Positions 28,730 to 39,046 of a DNA stretch of 64,000 nt are shown in pieces. The translations under genes and the position numbers were made by a program. The notes below the pieces were generated by a model, which saw nothing but the letters and a program-made list of their open reading frames with translations, did not search any database and had not been told where the DNA came from. Numbering within the stretch: position 1 is the first letter of the stretch; each line of letters begins with the position of its first letter. The stretch covers positions 1 through 64,000 of the forward strand of contig JANPLU010000068.1 in NCBI GenBank assembly GCA_031422435.1. The letters run 5' to 3'. This DNA comes from Acaryochloridaceae cyanobacterium VAR_48_metabat_390 (lineage in GTDB: Bacteria; Cyanobacteriota; Cyanobacteriia; Thermosynechococcales; Thermosynechococcaceae).

Positions 28730-28763
28730 ACCTCTTGAAATTTAACACCAATGATCTCTTGGC

Positions 28764-28809
28764 TTTAAAACAACAAAGCCCCATCATAGTGGGGCTTTGT
28801 TGTTTTAAA
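28764..28809. terminator. Bidirectional terminator between terC and ndk
   Basis: TTTAAAACAACAAAGCCCCA-tcatag-TGGGGCTTTGTTGTTTTAAA. Confidence 0.75.
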
Positions 28810-28823
28810 AATTAGGAGTAGGC

Positions 28824-29273
28824 TTATTCGTAAATCCAGATGGAGAGGGTAGGAGTCCAGTCGGAGAGTTCTTCGGACTTAAACCAGAGATCAATCTCAC
28901 GCACCGCCGTTTCGGGTGCATCAGAGCCGTGAATGATGTTACGACCAATATCCACGCCAAAATCACCCCGAATGGTTCCAGGCTCAGAGTTGAGGGGATT
29001 GGTCACACCAATAATTTTACGGGCAGAGGCTACAACACCTTTGCCTTCCCACACCATTGCAACCACTGGTCCAGAGGTAATAAAATCTACCAAACCACCG
29101 AAGAATGGCTTTTCTTTATGTTCGCCATAGTGCTGCTCGGCAAGGTCGCGGCTCACGGTCATGAGCTTTAGCCCGACCAAGGTAAACCCCTTTGCTTCAA
29201 AGCGACCTAGAATTTCGCTTACCAGTTTGCGCTGTACGCCGTCTGGCTTAATGGCTAAAAATGTACGTTCCAC
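28824..29273 (-). CDS. ndk: Nucleoside-diphosphate kinase
   Basis: [29 protein letters not shown]. Confidence 0.97.
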   Translation of the reverse strand: MERTFLAIKPDGVQRKLVSEILGRFEAKGFTLVGLKLMTVSRDLAEQHYGEHKEKPFFGGLVDFITSGPVVAMVWEGKGVVASARKIIGVTNPLNSEPGTIRGDFGVDIGRNIIHGSDAPETAVREIDLWFKSEELSDWTPTLSIWIYE

Positions 29274-29353
29274 AGAATTTCTCCGACAGGGGTTGTTGTC
29301 CTTTATCTATGCTGGGAAAAGATGGGACTTTTGTAAAGTAATTCGCAGCACCC

Positions 29354-29551
29354 ATGAAAACATCCGTAAAAATGCTTATGAAATCCATTCCGCAGCAAAT
29401 TCTCATCGGCATCGCCGGATGCATCGTGCTAACGCTGGTGCTGAGCAGCGGGTTATCCATTGCCGTAAACTATGGCATTGCTCAATTTGAGCAAAAAGCT
29501 CAGGATTTTTTGCCCACAGTTCAGCCAGAGTCAACAGCGCCAAAACCATGA
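29354..29551 (+). CDS. Small single-TM hypothetical protein
   Basis: 65-aa ORF with one hydrophobic helix. Confidence 0.45.
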   Translation: MKTSVKMLMKSIPQQILIGIAGCIVLTLVLSSGLSIAVNYGIAQFEQKAQDFLPTVQPESTAPKP

Positions 29552-29632
29552 TAACCAACGCAGCACTTGTGTTTGGACATGAACTTCTGAGACTTGATGC
29601 TGGAGATACAGCCCTTTTACAAAATTTGAATC

Positions 29633-29815
29633 ATGTCTTTATTGAAACCGTCTTGGCTCACACCGTTATTTTGGGGCACGTTGATTGCTGCCACCGTAAT
29701 TTTAGGACTACGCGGCTTTGCTATTTTGACCATGATTCCAGGTGCCATTGTGAGTGGCCTTTGGATTGTGGCTATTAGCCTAGGTATCTATTTGGCGATT
29801 ATCAGCTTGCGCTAA
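29633..29815 (+). CDS. Small two-TM hypothetical protein
   Basis: 60 aa, LRGFAILTMIPG between two hydrophobic helices. Confidence 0.55.
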   Translation: MSLLKPSWLTPLFWGTLIAATVILGLRGFAILTMIPGAIVSGLWIVAISLGIYLAIISLR

Positions 29816-29825
29816 TGGGTTTGCG

Positions 29826-30875
29826 CTAGGGCATAATCGCGGCCTTAATGGTTTTTCGCTGCTTCATGTCTTCAAAGACCTGTCCTAAATTGTGGAAAGG
29901 CTGCTGATCGTTGATTATTAGCTCTAGGGGCAGCACGCGGCTGGCTATCAGGTCTAAAGCCTGCCGGACATAGAAGGGCGTGTTGTGAAATACGCCTTTG
30001 AGAGTGAGTTCGCTGTAGTGGAGCTGTTCTGTATCAACACTAATCTGCGTGTTGCGGGGGCAGCCCCCAAAAAGATTGACCGTTGCGCCAGGGCGACCAC
30101 AGGCGATCGCCGTTTCCCAAACGCTGGGCACCCCTGTGGCCTCCACGACAATATCGGCTCCCATCCCTGCGGTGAGGCTTTTCACAACGGCAGGAATGCT
30201 CTCTACCTGTCGATGGTTAAAGGTGTGCGCCGCGCCAAATTTTTCGCCAATTTGCAACCGCTGATCGGAGCCGCCAAATAAGGTCACTTCAGCACCCTGA
30301 TGGGCTAGGGCACCCACAAACATAAGGCCGATCGCCCCATCCCCAATCACCACAACTTTAGGCGCACAGCCCCAGCGCTGCTTTAGCTCTGGCGAAAACC
30401 CAGACCGCGCCACGCCGTGCAAAACACAGGCCAGAGGTTCTGTCAGAGAAGCCAGCGCATCCGGTACGCCTTCGGGAACCCGCAATAGGTTATGGCGAAC
30501 AATAGGAGCTGGAATTTTTAGATATTGGGCAAAGGTGCCGTTATTAAACGTGAGATCAGGACATAAGGAATATTCTTGACGGTTGCAGAAAAAGCAGCTC
30601 ATGCAGGGCGCTGAGTTGTTGGGTACAACGCGATCGCCGACACTCCACCCCGTCACCCCATCACCCAGCGCCACAATGCGCCCAGCAGCCTCGTGCCCAA
30701 ACAGAGTAGGGGGCTTAAGCATCCGCGCATGACCTCCTCGCCGCCATACTTTGAGATCGGTTCCGCAGGTGGTAGCAACAGTGACTTCAATGACAACTTC
30801 CCCAGCAATTGGCGTGGGGTCTTCGACCTGCTCTAGGCGTAAATCTTCTTGACCATATAAAACGGCGGCAAGCAC
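29826..30875 (-). CDS. Zinc-dependent alcohol dehydrogenase (MDR family)
   Basis: CGTD, GHE, C..C..C.......C structural Zn site, GDGAIG. Confidence 0.9.
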   Translation of the reverse strand: MLAAVLYGQEDLRLEQVEDPTPIAGEVVIEVTVATTCGTDLKVWRRGGHARMLKPPTLFGHEAAGRIVALGDGVTGWSVGDRVVPNNSAPCMSCFFCNRQEYSLCPDLTFNNGTFAQYLKIPAPIVRHNLLRVPEGVPDALASLTEPLACVLHGVARSGFSPELKQRWGCAPKVVVIGDGAIGLMFVGALAHQGAEVTLFGGSDQRLQIGEKFGAAHTFNHRQVESIPAVVKSLTAGMGADIVVEATGVPSVWETAIACGRPGATVNLFGGCPRNTQISVDTEQLHYSELTLKGVFHNTPFYVRQALDLIASRVLPLELIINDQQPFHNLGQVFEDMKQRKTIKAAIMP

Positions 30876-30924
30876 GGCGATCGCAGCTCAACTTAGAGGT
30901 TTACACAGGAGTTAGATTTCCAAT

Positions 30925-32019
30925 TCACGCAAGAATAAGCTCGAGATTCCTGCCGACATCTACAGTAATAGTGTCTGATATAGATGCATCCAATAGCGAA
31001 TCTTTCACGCACTCTGCAACAACATTTGCAAGTCTACAGGGCACTGCATTTCCAATCTGTGAATACACATTACTGCTTGATCCACAGAACATATAGCTTG
31101 AAGGAAAAGTCTGAAGCAATGCAGCTTCATTGATTGTGAGTCGTCTTAAATACGAAGGAGCATCATGCATCCCCTGAGGTTTCCCCCCCGCCATTAAGTG
31201 CCGATGGTATTCTTCAACCCATGCTGTGCCACCATGATACAAATGATGATTATCTATAATGGGAGTCCTGTTCCCCCCCATACTTGCAGGCAAAGTACTT
31301 GCCCATCCATCTGGATTAAGTGGCCTACCTTGTCCATTGAATAACATGCCAGCATAAGGAGATTTTCTTAGCACTGGTTTCACGGCGAGCGTAATTTTTG
31401 CATTGCAAACTCGGTCATTGCCTTTTGTACCTGGCTTACCTAAAGGTATCAATATATCCCGTAGAGTCGGGGCTAATTTTCTGTATTTTTGAAAACTCGA
31501 TGAGAGAAAAGGTTTGAACTGATTTCTTAATCCGATAAAAAACACCCTCTCACGAGACTGAGGTACTCCAAAGTCTTTTGCATTAAGAATATTTATAGAA
31601 ACGTTGTAACCAGACTTCTGGAAACGTGATACGAGGGCAGTACGAACCCCTTCAAATTTGGCAAGTGAGCCAAGCGATTTCACGTTTTCCATAACGAACG
31701 CTTTTGGTTGAATAAGCTCCACAATCGAACAGAAGCTAAATATCAGTTTGCTTCTAGGGTCGTCAGGGTTCATCTTGCCTGCAATAGAAAAACCTTGACA
31801 GGGAGGTCCGCCAAAAACCACATCTACTTCCCTAAATGTGCTGAATTCCGTCCTGCACTCGTCAATATCCCCTTCAAAAAGAACTGTCCCAGGATGGTTG
31901 GCACGAAATGTATCACAAGCGTGCTTGTCTATCTCGTTAGCAGCCATAATTTCAAATCCAGCATCTTTGAAACCTACTTCCATGCCGCCTGCACCACTAA
32001 ACAGAGAAACAGCTCTCAT
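30925..32019 (-). CDS. DNA (cytosine-5)-methyltransferase
   Basis: LFSGAGG, GGPPCQGFS, ENV, QSRERVFFIG, QIGNAVP. Confidence 0.95.
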   Translation of the reverse strand: MRAVSLFSGAGGMEVGFKDAGFEIMAANEIDKHACDTFRANHPGTVLFEGDIDECRTEFSTFREVDVVFGGPPCQGFSIAGKMNPDDPRSKLIFSFCSIVELIQPKAFVMENVKSLGSLAKFEGVRTALVSRFQKSGYNVSINILNAKDFGVPQSRERVFFIGLRNQFKPFLSSSFQKYRKLAPTLRDILIPLGKPGTKGNDRVCNAKITLAVKPVLRKSPYAGMLFNGQGRPLNPDGWASTLPASMGGNRTPIIDNHHLYHGGTAWVEEYHRHLMAGGKPQGMHDAPSYLRRLTINEAALLQTFPSSYMFCGSSSNVYSQIGNAVPCRLANVVAECVKDSLLDASISDTITVDVGRNLELILA

Positions 32020-32088
32020 CGAATTATTCCTATTTCGAATATTTTGATAATCGTAGCATGATACGAGCGGTAGATAAAAGCAAAAATC

Positions 32089-32358
32089 ATGCAAGTCATG
32101 AATAAAAATAAAACAATCCACGATAAGCGCTATCAGTCGCTAATAACAGAACTCGCAAAAGAGCGAATTCGGCTCAGCATTTCACAGGGTGAACTCGCCG
32201 CTCATATTGGTTTGAATCAATCTGATGTTTCCAAGATTGAAAAATTTGAGAAGCGCTTAGATGTACTCGAATTTTCTACGATCTTGGAAGCGCTTCGTAT
32301 CTACGAAAATATTCGACTTCAGCATATTGTTAAAGAATTCATGAGGATCCCTGGATGA
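32089..32358 (+). CDS. XRE-family HTH, probable RM controller (C) protein
   Basis: ISQGELA...QSDVSKIE...RLDVLEF. Overlaps the start of the endonuclease and is divergent from the MTase. Alternative start 32098. Confidence 0.8.
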   Translation: MQVMNKNKTIHDKRYQSLITELAKERIRLSISQGELAAHIGLNQSDVSKIEKFEKRLDVLEFSTILEALRIYENIRLQHIVKEFMRIPG

Positions 32359-33443
32359 GTGGTGTTGTCAAACGAAATAGCTCTGGCCAATACTATGTAA
32401 ATACAAGACTGGGAGTAGCAAAAACTAAAAGTTCAGAGGATTTCCCTGAATTTGACTCTTCTACAGAGGTTCACAAATTACTTACTGAACTTATAGAAGT
32501 GAATGCCAAAGGATTTCGCGGTGTAGTTGTCACTGCATTAACTGGCTTGCACTTAGATGACAATTATGATCCGCTGAATAATTTTTACGGGTGTAGCCCA
32601 CGATCTATTTTCGAAGGTGGTATTTGGTATGCACTTCAAGATAACGGCATTCCTTGCGGCAAGTCAGATCCCCTCAATGTGGCAAAAAATGCAAATCAAT
32701 TAAATGAGGACTGGGCAAAGGGTCGGCGGCCTCAATCAGCGGCAATGGCAGTGGTAAAATTTCTCAATATCATAATGGAGGTGGGAAAAGCAAAAAGAGC
32801 AAAATTAATCGACTATTTCTTTTTCCGTCTTTGGAAATACGCTGAAAGTGTAACAAGCTACCAGCTTGCTGATATCAAATCATTGTTCGAGTCAAGGCAG
32901 ACTTTAGGCAATAAACTCGTAGCATTTACTCTCAAATATCCAGAGTCTGGCAACCTCCCTCAATTTCTTGTTTCGCAGTTATTGTCTGGCGTTTTCCGTA
33001 CCTCTGCGATAAATGTAGCGGGAGGAAGTGAAAGTGTTTTTGGAACAAATACTACATCCAAAAAACCTGCTGACTTATGGCTTGAAATTGATGGGCTAGA
33101 GACTAATTTATATGAGATTACCGTCAAGCCAGTATCGAAGAAGAGGTTAGATGACAGTTTAGAGGCGCTCAGAGCTACGGGTCATCTGGATCACTCTGTA
33201 ACGTTTATTTGTAGGCTGCAAACTGATGTGGCGGAGCTTGATGTTATGGAGGGTAGCTACATCTATAAAGGTAAACGCTTTGATTTTGTGGATTATCAAT
33301 CATTCTCTTGTTCTCTTTGTGCGTTGCTGAGCGACGAAGAATTCACCACAGTTTTAAATAATGTGGCGAACTTTGTTCAAGATATGCATATTTCGATAAA
33401 AACAAAAGCAGGATGGAATGAGTTCTTTTCGACAGAGATCTAA
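32355..33443 (+). CDS. Probable type II restriction endonuclease
   Basis: 362 aa, PADLW...LYEITVK PD-(D/E)xK-like motif, M<- ->C-R layout. Confidence 0.75.
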   Translation: MSGVVKRNSSGQYYVNTRLGVAKTKSSEDFPEFDSSTEVHKLLTELIEVNAKGFRGVVVTALTGLHLDDNYDPLNNFYGCSPRSIFEGGIWYALQDNGIPCGKSDPLNVAKNANQLNEDWAKGRRPQSAAMAVVKFLNIIMEVGKAKRAKLIDYFFFRLWKYAESVTSYQLADIKSLFESRQTLGNKLVAFTLKYPESGNLPQFLVSQLLSGVFRTSAINVAGGSESVFGTNTTSKKPADLWLEIDGLETNLYEITVKPVSKKRLDDSLEALRATGHLDHSVTFICRLQTDVAELDVMEGSYIYKGKRFDFVDYQSFSCSLCALLSDEEFTTVLNNVANFVQDMHISIKTKAGWNEFFSTEI

Positions 33444-33508
33444 TATGTGGCTGCACTTGGAGCTGAACTTTATTCCATCGGTGATGATGCAAAGTGTATC
33501 GTAGGCTG

Positions 33509-35065
33509 TTACGAGTCAGTCTCTGAACCAGAATCCGTGGCATTGGTTTGCAGATCCAGCGGCGGAAGAGAGACATACCGACCGTAAATTTCAGCCATTT
33601 CAAGGAGGCGATCACCATACTCTGGTCGCAGCGCATCAGCCCGATACCGCCAGCGCCAGTTGTTGTCAACGGTGCCTGGGGTATTCATACGGGCATTAGT
33701 GCCCAGACAGCAGACATCTTGGAGCGGCACAATGGCCTGGTTCGACACAGAACTCATGGCAACCCGAATCATGTCCCAGGCCACGCCGTGAGGACTAACA
33801 CCGCCTAGATATTTAGAAAAGCGCTCTTTTTCGTAGTCAGAAGCGGCCTCGTACCAGCCGAGGGTTGTGTCGTTGTCGTGGGTGCCCGTATAGATCACGC
33901 TGTTGTGGATGGTGTTGTAGGGCAGGTAGGGGTTGCCTCCATCGCTGCCAAAGGCGAAGTGTAAAATCTTCATGCCTGGAAAGCCAAACTGATCGCGCAA
34001 GTCTAAAACGGCTTGATCAATATCGCCCAAATCTTCCGCAATGATGGGGAGGCTGCCCAGAGCATCGCGCACGGCTGAGAACAGCTTTTCGCCAGGGCCG
34101 TAGAGCCACACCCCTTTAATGGCGGTTTCTTCTTCTGCCGGAATCGCCCAGTAAGAGTCAAACCCTCGAAAGTGGTCAATCCGAATGAGATCGACTAGCT
34201 CAAGGCAATCTTTGAAGCGGTTCACCCACCAGGCAAAATCTGTCGCCTCAAGGTGCTTCCAATCGTAAAGGGGGTTGCCCCAACGCTGACCCGTTACCGC
34301 AAAGTAGTCAGGGGGGACGCCTGCGACAAAGATGGGCTGTTTTTCGTCGTCAAGCTGAAACAGGTCTGGATTTGCCCACACGTCCGAGCTATTGAGGGAG
34401 ACATAAATGGGGATATCTCCAAAAATCTGAATATGGTTCTGGTTGGCGTACTGCTTGAGGGCGCTCCACTGCCGAAAAAATTCAAACTGCCAAAATTTTT
34501 GACAGTAGATTTCATCGGCGAGGGCTTCTCTTGCAGTTTTAAGGGCTTCAGGATGGCGATCACGCAGAGGAATCGGCCAAGCACTCCACATGCCCTCTGG
34601 CTGGGTTTTGTGCAGCGCCATAAATAGCGCGTAATCGTCTAGCCAGTGAGCTTTAGCGGCGCAAAAATTAGCAAAGGCAGTTTGCTTAAGGGGTGGCGCG
34701 GTGTCTCTAAACCGAAAGCTGGCCTTATGGAGCAGCGGCATTTTCCAGTTTTCGACTCGCTCAAACTCAATAAAGTCTGGATTAAAGTCTGGCAGCCCCT
34801 GAAGATCTTCGCTAGAGAGTAGCCCTTCGCTGACCAATACATCAACGCTAATGAGCAGCGGATTGCCTGCGGCGGCTGAAAAGCTCATGTAGGGCGAGTT
34901 GCCATAATCTGTAGGGCCAAGGGGCAAAATTTGCCACAGCCGCTGACCGCTTTTAGCTAAAAAATCAATAAACTGTCGCGCCTGTCCCCCCAAATCGCCC
35001 ATCCCGTAGGGGCCTGGGAAACTGGTGGGGTGAAGCAGAATTCCGCTGGTTCTTGGAAATGGCAT
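33509..35065 (-). CDS. malQ: 4-alpha-glucanotransferase (amylomaltase)
   Basis: SGILLHPTS, RIDHFRGF, IAEDLG, YTGTHDN, RMNTPG. Confidence 0.96.
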   Translation of the reverse strand: MPFPRTSGILLHPTSFPGPYGMGDLGGQARQFIDFLAKSGQRLWQILPLGPTDYGNSPYMSFSAAAGNPLLISVDVLVSEGLLSSEDLQGLPDFNPDFIEFERVENWKMPLLHKASFRFRDTAPPLKQTAFANFCAAKAHWLDDYALFMALHKTQPEGMWSAWPIPLRDRHPEALKTAREALADEIYCQKFWQFEFFRQWSALKQYANQNHIQIFGDIPIYVSLNSSDVWANPDLFQLDDEKQPIFVAGVPPDYFAVTGQRWGNPLYDWKHLEATDFAWWVNRFKDCLELVDLIRIDHFRGFDSYWAIPAEEETAIKGVWLYGPGEKLFSAVRDALGSLPIIAEDLGDIDQAVLDLRDQFGFPGMKILHFAFGSDGGNPYLPYNTIHNSVIYTGTHDNDTTLGWYEAASDYEKERFSKYLGGVSPHGVAWDMIRVAMSSVSNQAIVPLQDVCCLGTNARMNTPGTVDNNWRWRYRADALRPEYGDRLLEMAEIYGRYVSLPPLDLQTNATDSGSETDS

Positions 35066-35132
35066 GGCTGCGAAATTCCTTTAAAAAAGACTGAAAGCGC
35101 TGTTTGCAGAATCCTAAGCGCATTATAGGAGT

Positions 35133-36248
35133 TTACAGTGCCGCTTCAAGGTAAGCTTCAATCTTTTGGGCGGTAATCGGAGCCAGCAAAACGCCGTTGC
35201 GATAGTGCCCTGTGGCAATCAGTACGTTTTGATAGCCTGGAAGCCGCTCAATAACGGGAGCCGCTCGTTCTTCGGGTCGGGGGCGCAACCCTTGCCAAGT
35301 GCGCAGAATTTCGGCATGGGCAAGCGCTGGGTAAAGGGCGATCGCCTTCTGCCGTAATGCCTCCAACCTCAAGGGATCCGGCTCAAGGATAGTCTTGTCA
35401 TCGGGGAATTCAACGGTTGCCCCCACCCAAAGCTCATCTTCACTCAGGGGCACCAGATGAATATCTTCTCCATTAAGGACGGGGCTGTCTATTCTCATGG
35501 CCTTAGGGCAGCGCAGATGCAGCGCCTGTCCTAACACAGGGCGAATTTGGATCGGCTGCGCGAGGGTTTGCGTTAAAGCCGCTGAGCCTAAGCCTGCTGA
35601 AACAATCACCCAATCAACGGCGATCGCGTCTTGCCCCTTACACAAGTGCGTCACCCGCTGATTTTCTGTGCCTGCCTCACTACGAAAACCGGAAATCTCA
35701 GCATTAAAGTGAAACTGTGCCCCATTTTGAGTTGCCCCCTGAATCAGCGATTGGGTTAAGGCCACGGGATCAATCTGGCGATCTTGGGGAGAGTAGACTG
35801 CACCCACGGCGATCGCCCCCGTTTCGTGCGATCGCGCTTCTGCTAGTTCTGGGTAGTGTTCGACAAGCTGCTGCCGTGACCAATTCTCAAGGATAAATCC
35901 CTGCTGTTGCCGCACCGATTGGGTTTTAGTCCGTCGCGCAAAATCCTCTGCATCAAAGAACAATTGCAAAATACCGTGGCGATTGTAGGGAATACTTAGA
36001 CCTGTATCTTCAATTAGCGCTGGAATCAAGGTTTCGTAAAGCCGTAAGCTCTCTAGCCTTAACGTAAGATGTTTGCCCTTGAGCTTTGAACTAATAACCG
36101 CCGAAAGTACCCCTAGAGCGGCTCCCGTGGCCTCTAGCTGTTGAGGAGGGTTTTGTTCAAAGACCTGTACTTCTAAATTGGGGTGGGTGCTGAGTCGATG
36201 GGCGATCGCCGCTCCTACCACGCCCCCACCAATAATGCCAACGTTCAT
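35133..36248 (-). CDS. FAD-dependent oxidoreductase (DAO/glycine oxidase-like)
   Basis: IIGGGVVG, GLRPRP, GHYRNGVLLAP. Confidence 0.88.
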   Translation of the reverse strand: MNVGIIGGGVVGAAIAHRLSTHPNLEVQVFEQNPPQQLEATGAALGVLSAVISSKLKGKHLTLRLESLRLYETLIPALIEDTGLSIPYNRHGILQLFFDAEDFARRTKTQSVRQQQGFILENWSRQQLVEHYPELAEARSHETGAIAVGAVYSPQDRQIDPVALTQSLIQGATQNGAQFHFNAEISGFRSEAGTENQRVTHLCKGQDAIAVDWVIVSAGLGSAALTQTLAQPIQIRPVLGQALHLRCPKAMRIDSPVLNGEDIHLVPLSEDELWVGATVEFPDDKTILEPDPLRLEALRQKAIALYPALAHAEILRTWQGLRPRPEERAAPVIERLPGYQNVLIATGHYRNGVLLAPITAQKIEAYLEAAL

Positions 36249-36382
36249 AACAGCCGCTCCCCAACGCAAAGTCTATCCACAAAAAAAGCGAATTCTGACC
36301 TCAAAACTGGTACAGAATCCGCGATTTCTTCCCTGATTTTACAGGGTTTATTGACAGCGCTAGGGTTTTAAACCCGTATTGG

Positions 36383-36895
36383 TTAAGTCGCTTCAACCTC
36401 AGCGGTGGCTGGGGCTTCCACCTCGGCAGCAGCTGGAGCTTCAGTCGCTGGCATCTCAGGCAAACCACCCAAAAATGCGTCAATATCCTTCGTAGCGCTC
36501 TCAAAGCCTCTTAAAGCAGCATCCACGTTGGTGGCAACGGCGGCCTGGTCGATTTCAATAAAGTCTTGAAATATGCTGCGAGAAATATCCCGTGCAGCCT
36601 TTTGCTCTGAGGGCAGCAGATTGGAGGTGACATACTTCAAATCTTGAATCATTGACCCAAACGGCCCTCGGATCGTGCTACGAACCTCTTGCCACTCTCG
36701 GTCTTGGATTGCAGTACCCAAGGCATCTAAGCGCCCGTAGGCACTTTGAATTTCAGGGAGATACTGCTGAATTTTCTGGAGCTGCGCCTCCGTATAGGTC
36801 GGAGCAACTGCAACCGTACTAGGGCCACCACAGCTCACTAAAACAAAGGCAAACATCACAAATAAGCAGGACAACAATGCGCGAAATCTAAACAT
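36383..36895 (-). CDS. psbQ: Photosystem II extrinsic lipoprotein CyanoQ
   Basis: Lipobox LVSC, PTYTEAQL..IQ, IRGPFG. Confidence 0.88.
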   Translation of the reverse strand: MFRFRALLSCLFVMFAFVLVSCGGPSTVAVAPTYTEAQLQKIQQYLPEIQSAYGRLDALGTAIQDREWQEVRSTIRGPFGSMIQDLKYVTSNLLPSEQKAARDISRSIFQDFIEIDQAAVATNVDAALRGFESATKDIDAFLGGLPEMPATEAPAAAEVEAPATAEVEAT

Positions 36896-37014
36896 AATGG
36901 CGTTAGACGGAACGATACAGCGAACAAGATTTATTCCGCTATTTTAGGATGAGTTGCCCGTCTGACGGCACCGTTGAAAGAGATATTCGTGAATCGTTAG
37001 ACAATAGCCCAGAC

Positions 37015-37806
37015 CTACGGCGACCCTGGAAAGCGATTAATTTGGGCATAGCCACTAAACAAGAGCTGATGCTGTTGAGTTTCAACGCGGTTGATTCGCA
37101 TTTCAACGCCGTCTAGATCAAAGCGATCCATATCAACCATACCGTTTAGAAGCTCGACAAACTCAGTCGTAATTTGCCTAGAAAGCTCCTGAAGATCTTC
37201 AGGAATCTGATCTGCTAAAAACGCTGGCTCTGTAAACAAAAGCCGTCGCCGCCGCTCGACAGACAAGCCAGTCTTCACCGCAATCGGAATGGGAGTGTCT
37301 CGGCTCGGTGCGTTAACCTTGGCTCGGATTTCAACCTGGTTATTAGGCAGTAGCTTCATTGCAATACTGTCAAAGGACACAGGCTCATCGATCCCCGTGC
37401 CCTCCGATAGCCACACATCATCCAGCAGTTTTGTGACCAACTCTGCATTAAACGCTTTGTTGATACCGTCTTCAGACAAAATGATCTGGGCGATCGCCTG
37501 GGTCGGCTGCTTGAGCTGAATTTTGCCCCGCAGTACCGAGCCAAAATCAATGGCGATCGCATCGGTTTCAAAGGACATTTCCTCCACCTGAAACTGACGC
37601 TTAATCACAAGGCCACGGCCCTGCATCTTAATGCTGTCAACATTCCCCTGAAGGAGCTTACTTGAAGGAAAACATCGGATGCTCACGTCAACCGTATCGC
37701 TCTGGCTAAACATACGCCGGATCGACTGACTGGCAACCGTGTTGAGCATCTGCTCGCCAAAATCTGTCTGCATTGAACCTTCAGCGCTAGCAAATCCACT
37801 AAACAT
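37015..37806 (-). CDS. DUF2993 (LmeA-like) protein
   Basis: DFGEQMLNTVASQSIR, SSKLLQG, ETDAIAIDF. Confidence 0.75.
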   Translation of the reverse strand: MFSGFASAEGSMQTDFGEQMLNTVASQSIRRMFSQSDTVDVSIRCFPSSKLLQGNVDSIKMQGRGLVIKRQFQVEEMSFETDAIAIDFGSVLRGKIQLKQPTQAIAQIILSEDGINKAFNAELVTKLLDDVWLSEGTGIDEPVSFDSIAMKLLPNNQVEIRAKVNAPSRDTPIPIAVKTGLSVERRRRLLFTEPAFLADQIPEDLQELSRQITTEFVELLNGMVDMDRFDLDGVEMRINRVETQQHQLLFSGYAQINRFPGSP

Positions 37807-38116
37807 GAAGCTTTTCCTCGGTCGCGCCTCACCCTCGTTGTAACAGAATATTAAGCAATGTGACAACGTTGAAAGATTAGTTTTTGTATCAGGAGTGATT
37901 AGATTTTTGTATAGGTACGTAGTTGGGCACGTCAATCGGACACGTCAGCAAATCAGCTCCTTTGGCCTCTGGTTCCCAAAAATCTAAAGTTCTGGAGTAC
38001 GGGCTTCTACCGTGAGATCGGCCTACTCCAAAGCATAGGGTTCTATGCCTATCATGGGTAGTGCTGCATATTTATTTCCGCACAAACATTACCGCACAGG
38101 TTCGTCCTATCTCGGC

Positions 38117-39046
38117 ATGAGTCAAACCTACAAGGCTACAGGTATCAATCTCAAAAGCGTCCCGCTGGGGGAGGCGGATCGAATCGTCACGATTCTGACC
38201 CGTGAGCTTGGTTTGGTGCGAGCTGTTGCTGGGGGTGCCCGTAAGCCTAAGTCTAAGCTCGGCGGTCGGGGGGAGCTGTTTGTGGTAAACCATTTGATGC
38301 TGAGTACAGGGCGATCTCTCGATAAAATTGCCCAAGCCGAAACCATCGAATCTTACCCAGCCCTTAGCCGAAATCTCGCAAAGCTAACGGTGGCACAATA
38401 CTGGGCTGAGGTGATTCTTAACCAACCCCCTAATCACGACACCACCGCAGAAGTCTTTGACTGGCTCTGCCAGCGTCTGGGCGATCTCGCCGCGAGTGAA
38501 GTGGGTCTAGCGCCCTTGGTTCATCTGCTCTATGGCATCGTACAGTTGCTTCAGTTAGAGGGGATTTTACCTCAGGTCAAGCAGTGTAGCCTGTCGGGTC
38601 AAGCCGTTAACCCCGAGGGAATGGGGAATGGGAAAGTAATCTTTAGTCCTGCCGCTGGCGGCATTGTTCTGCCAACGGATGAGGTTGCGGCGGATTTCTC
38701 CTCAACGGACGGCGGCTATGCCAAAGAACAGCCCTCAGGTTACGGACGATCCTCTAAACGGGCGCTCACCCTTTCTGCGCCAGAACTGATGTTGCTTCAG
38801 CAGCTCGTTCGAGTACAAGAGGTACTGCCCCAAGCCCACACCCCACCTTTAGAGCTGCTAAACCTAGCAGATTCTGCCCAAGAATGGCTTAAGGTAGAAC
38901 AGGCGCTGCGAACCTATGTGCAGTATCATACCGACCGACCGATTCGTTCTGCCGCCTTACTTGAGAGCTGCTTTCTTCCTCATTTCATTCCATCGCCCTC
39001 GGTTCAGTCCCAGCCCATTACCGTTTCTGCTGCTGCTTGCCCATGA
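38117..39046 (+). CDS. recO: DNA repair protein RecO
   Basis: TYKATGINLK..PLGEADRIVTILT...GARKPKSKLGG. Confidence 0.93.
   Translation: MSQTYKATGINLKSVPLGEADRIVTILTRELGLVRAVAGGARKPKSKLGGRGELFVVNHLMLSTGRSLDKIAQAETIESYPALSRNLAKLTVAQYWAEVILNQPPNHDTTAEVFDWLCQRLGDLAASEVGLAPLVHLLYGIVQLLQLEGILPQVKQCSLSGQAVNPEGMGNGKVIFSPAAGGIVLPTDEVAADFSSTDGGYAKEQPSGYGRSSKRALTLSAPELMLLQQLVRVQEVLPQAHTPPLELLNLADSAQEWLKVEQALRTYVQYHTDRPIRSAALLESCFLPHFIPSPSVQSQPITVSAAACP

Noticed and set aside
33850..34100. G/T-rich + strand patch in malQ next to the type II RM island
   Set aside because: Its polarity is opposite to the pattern at the type I locus and the patch is short. It is noted as a possible counter-example to the skew hypothesis.
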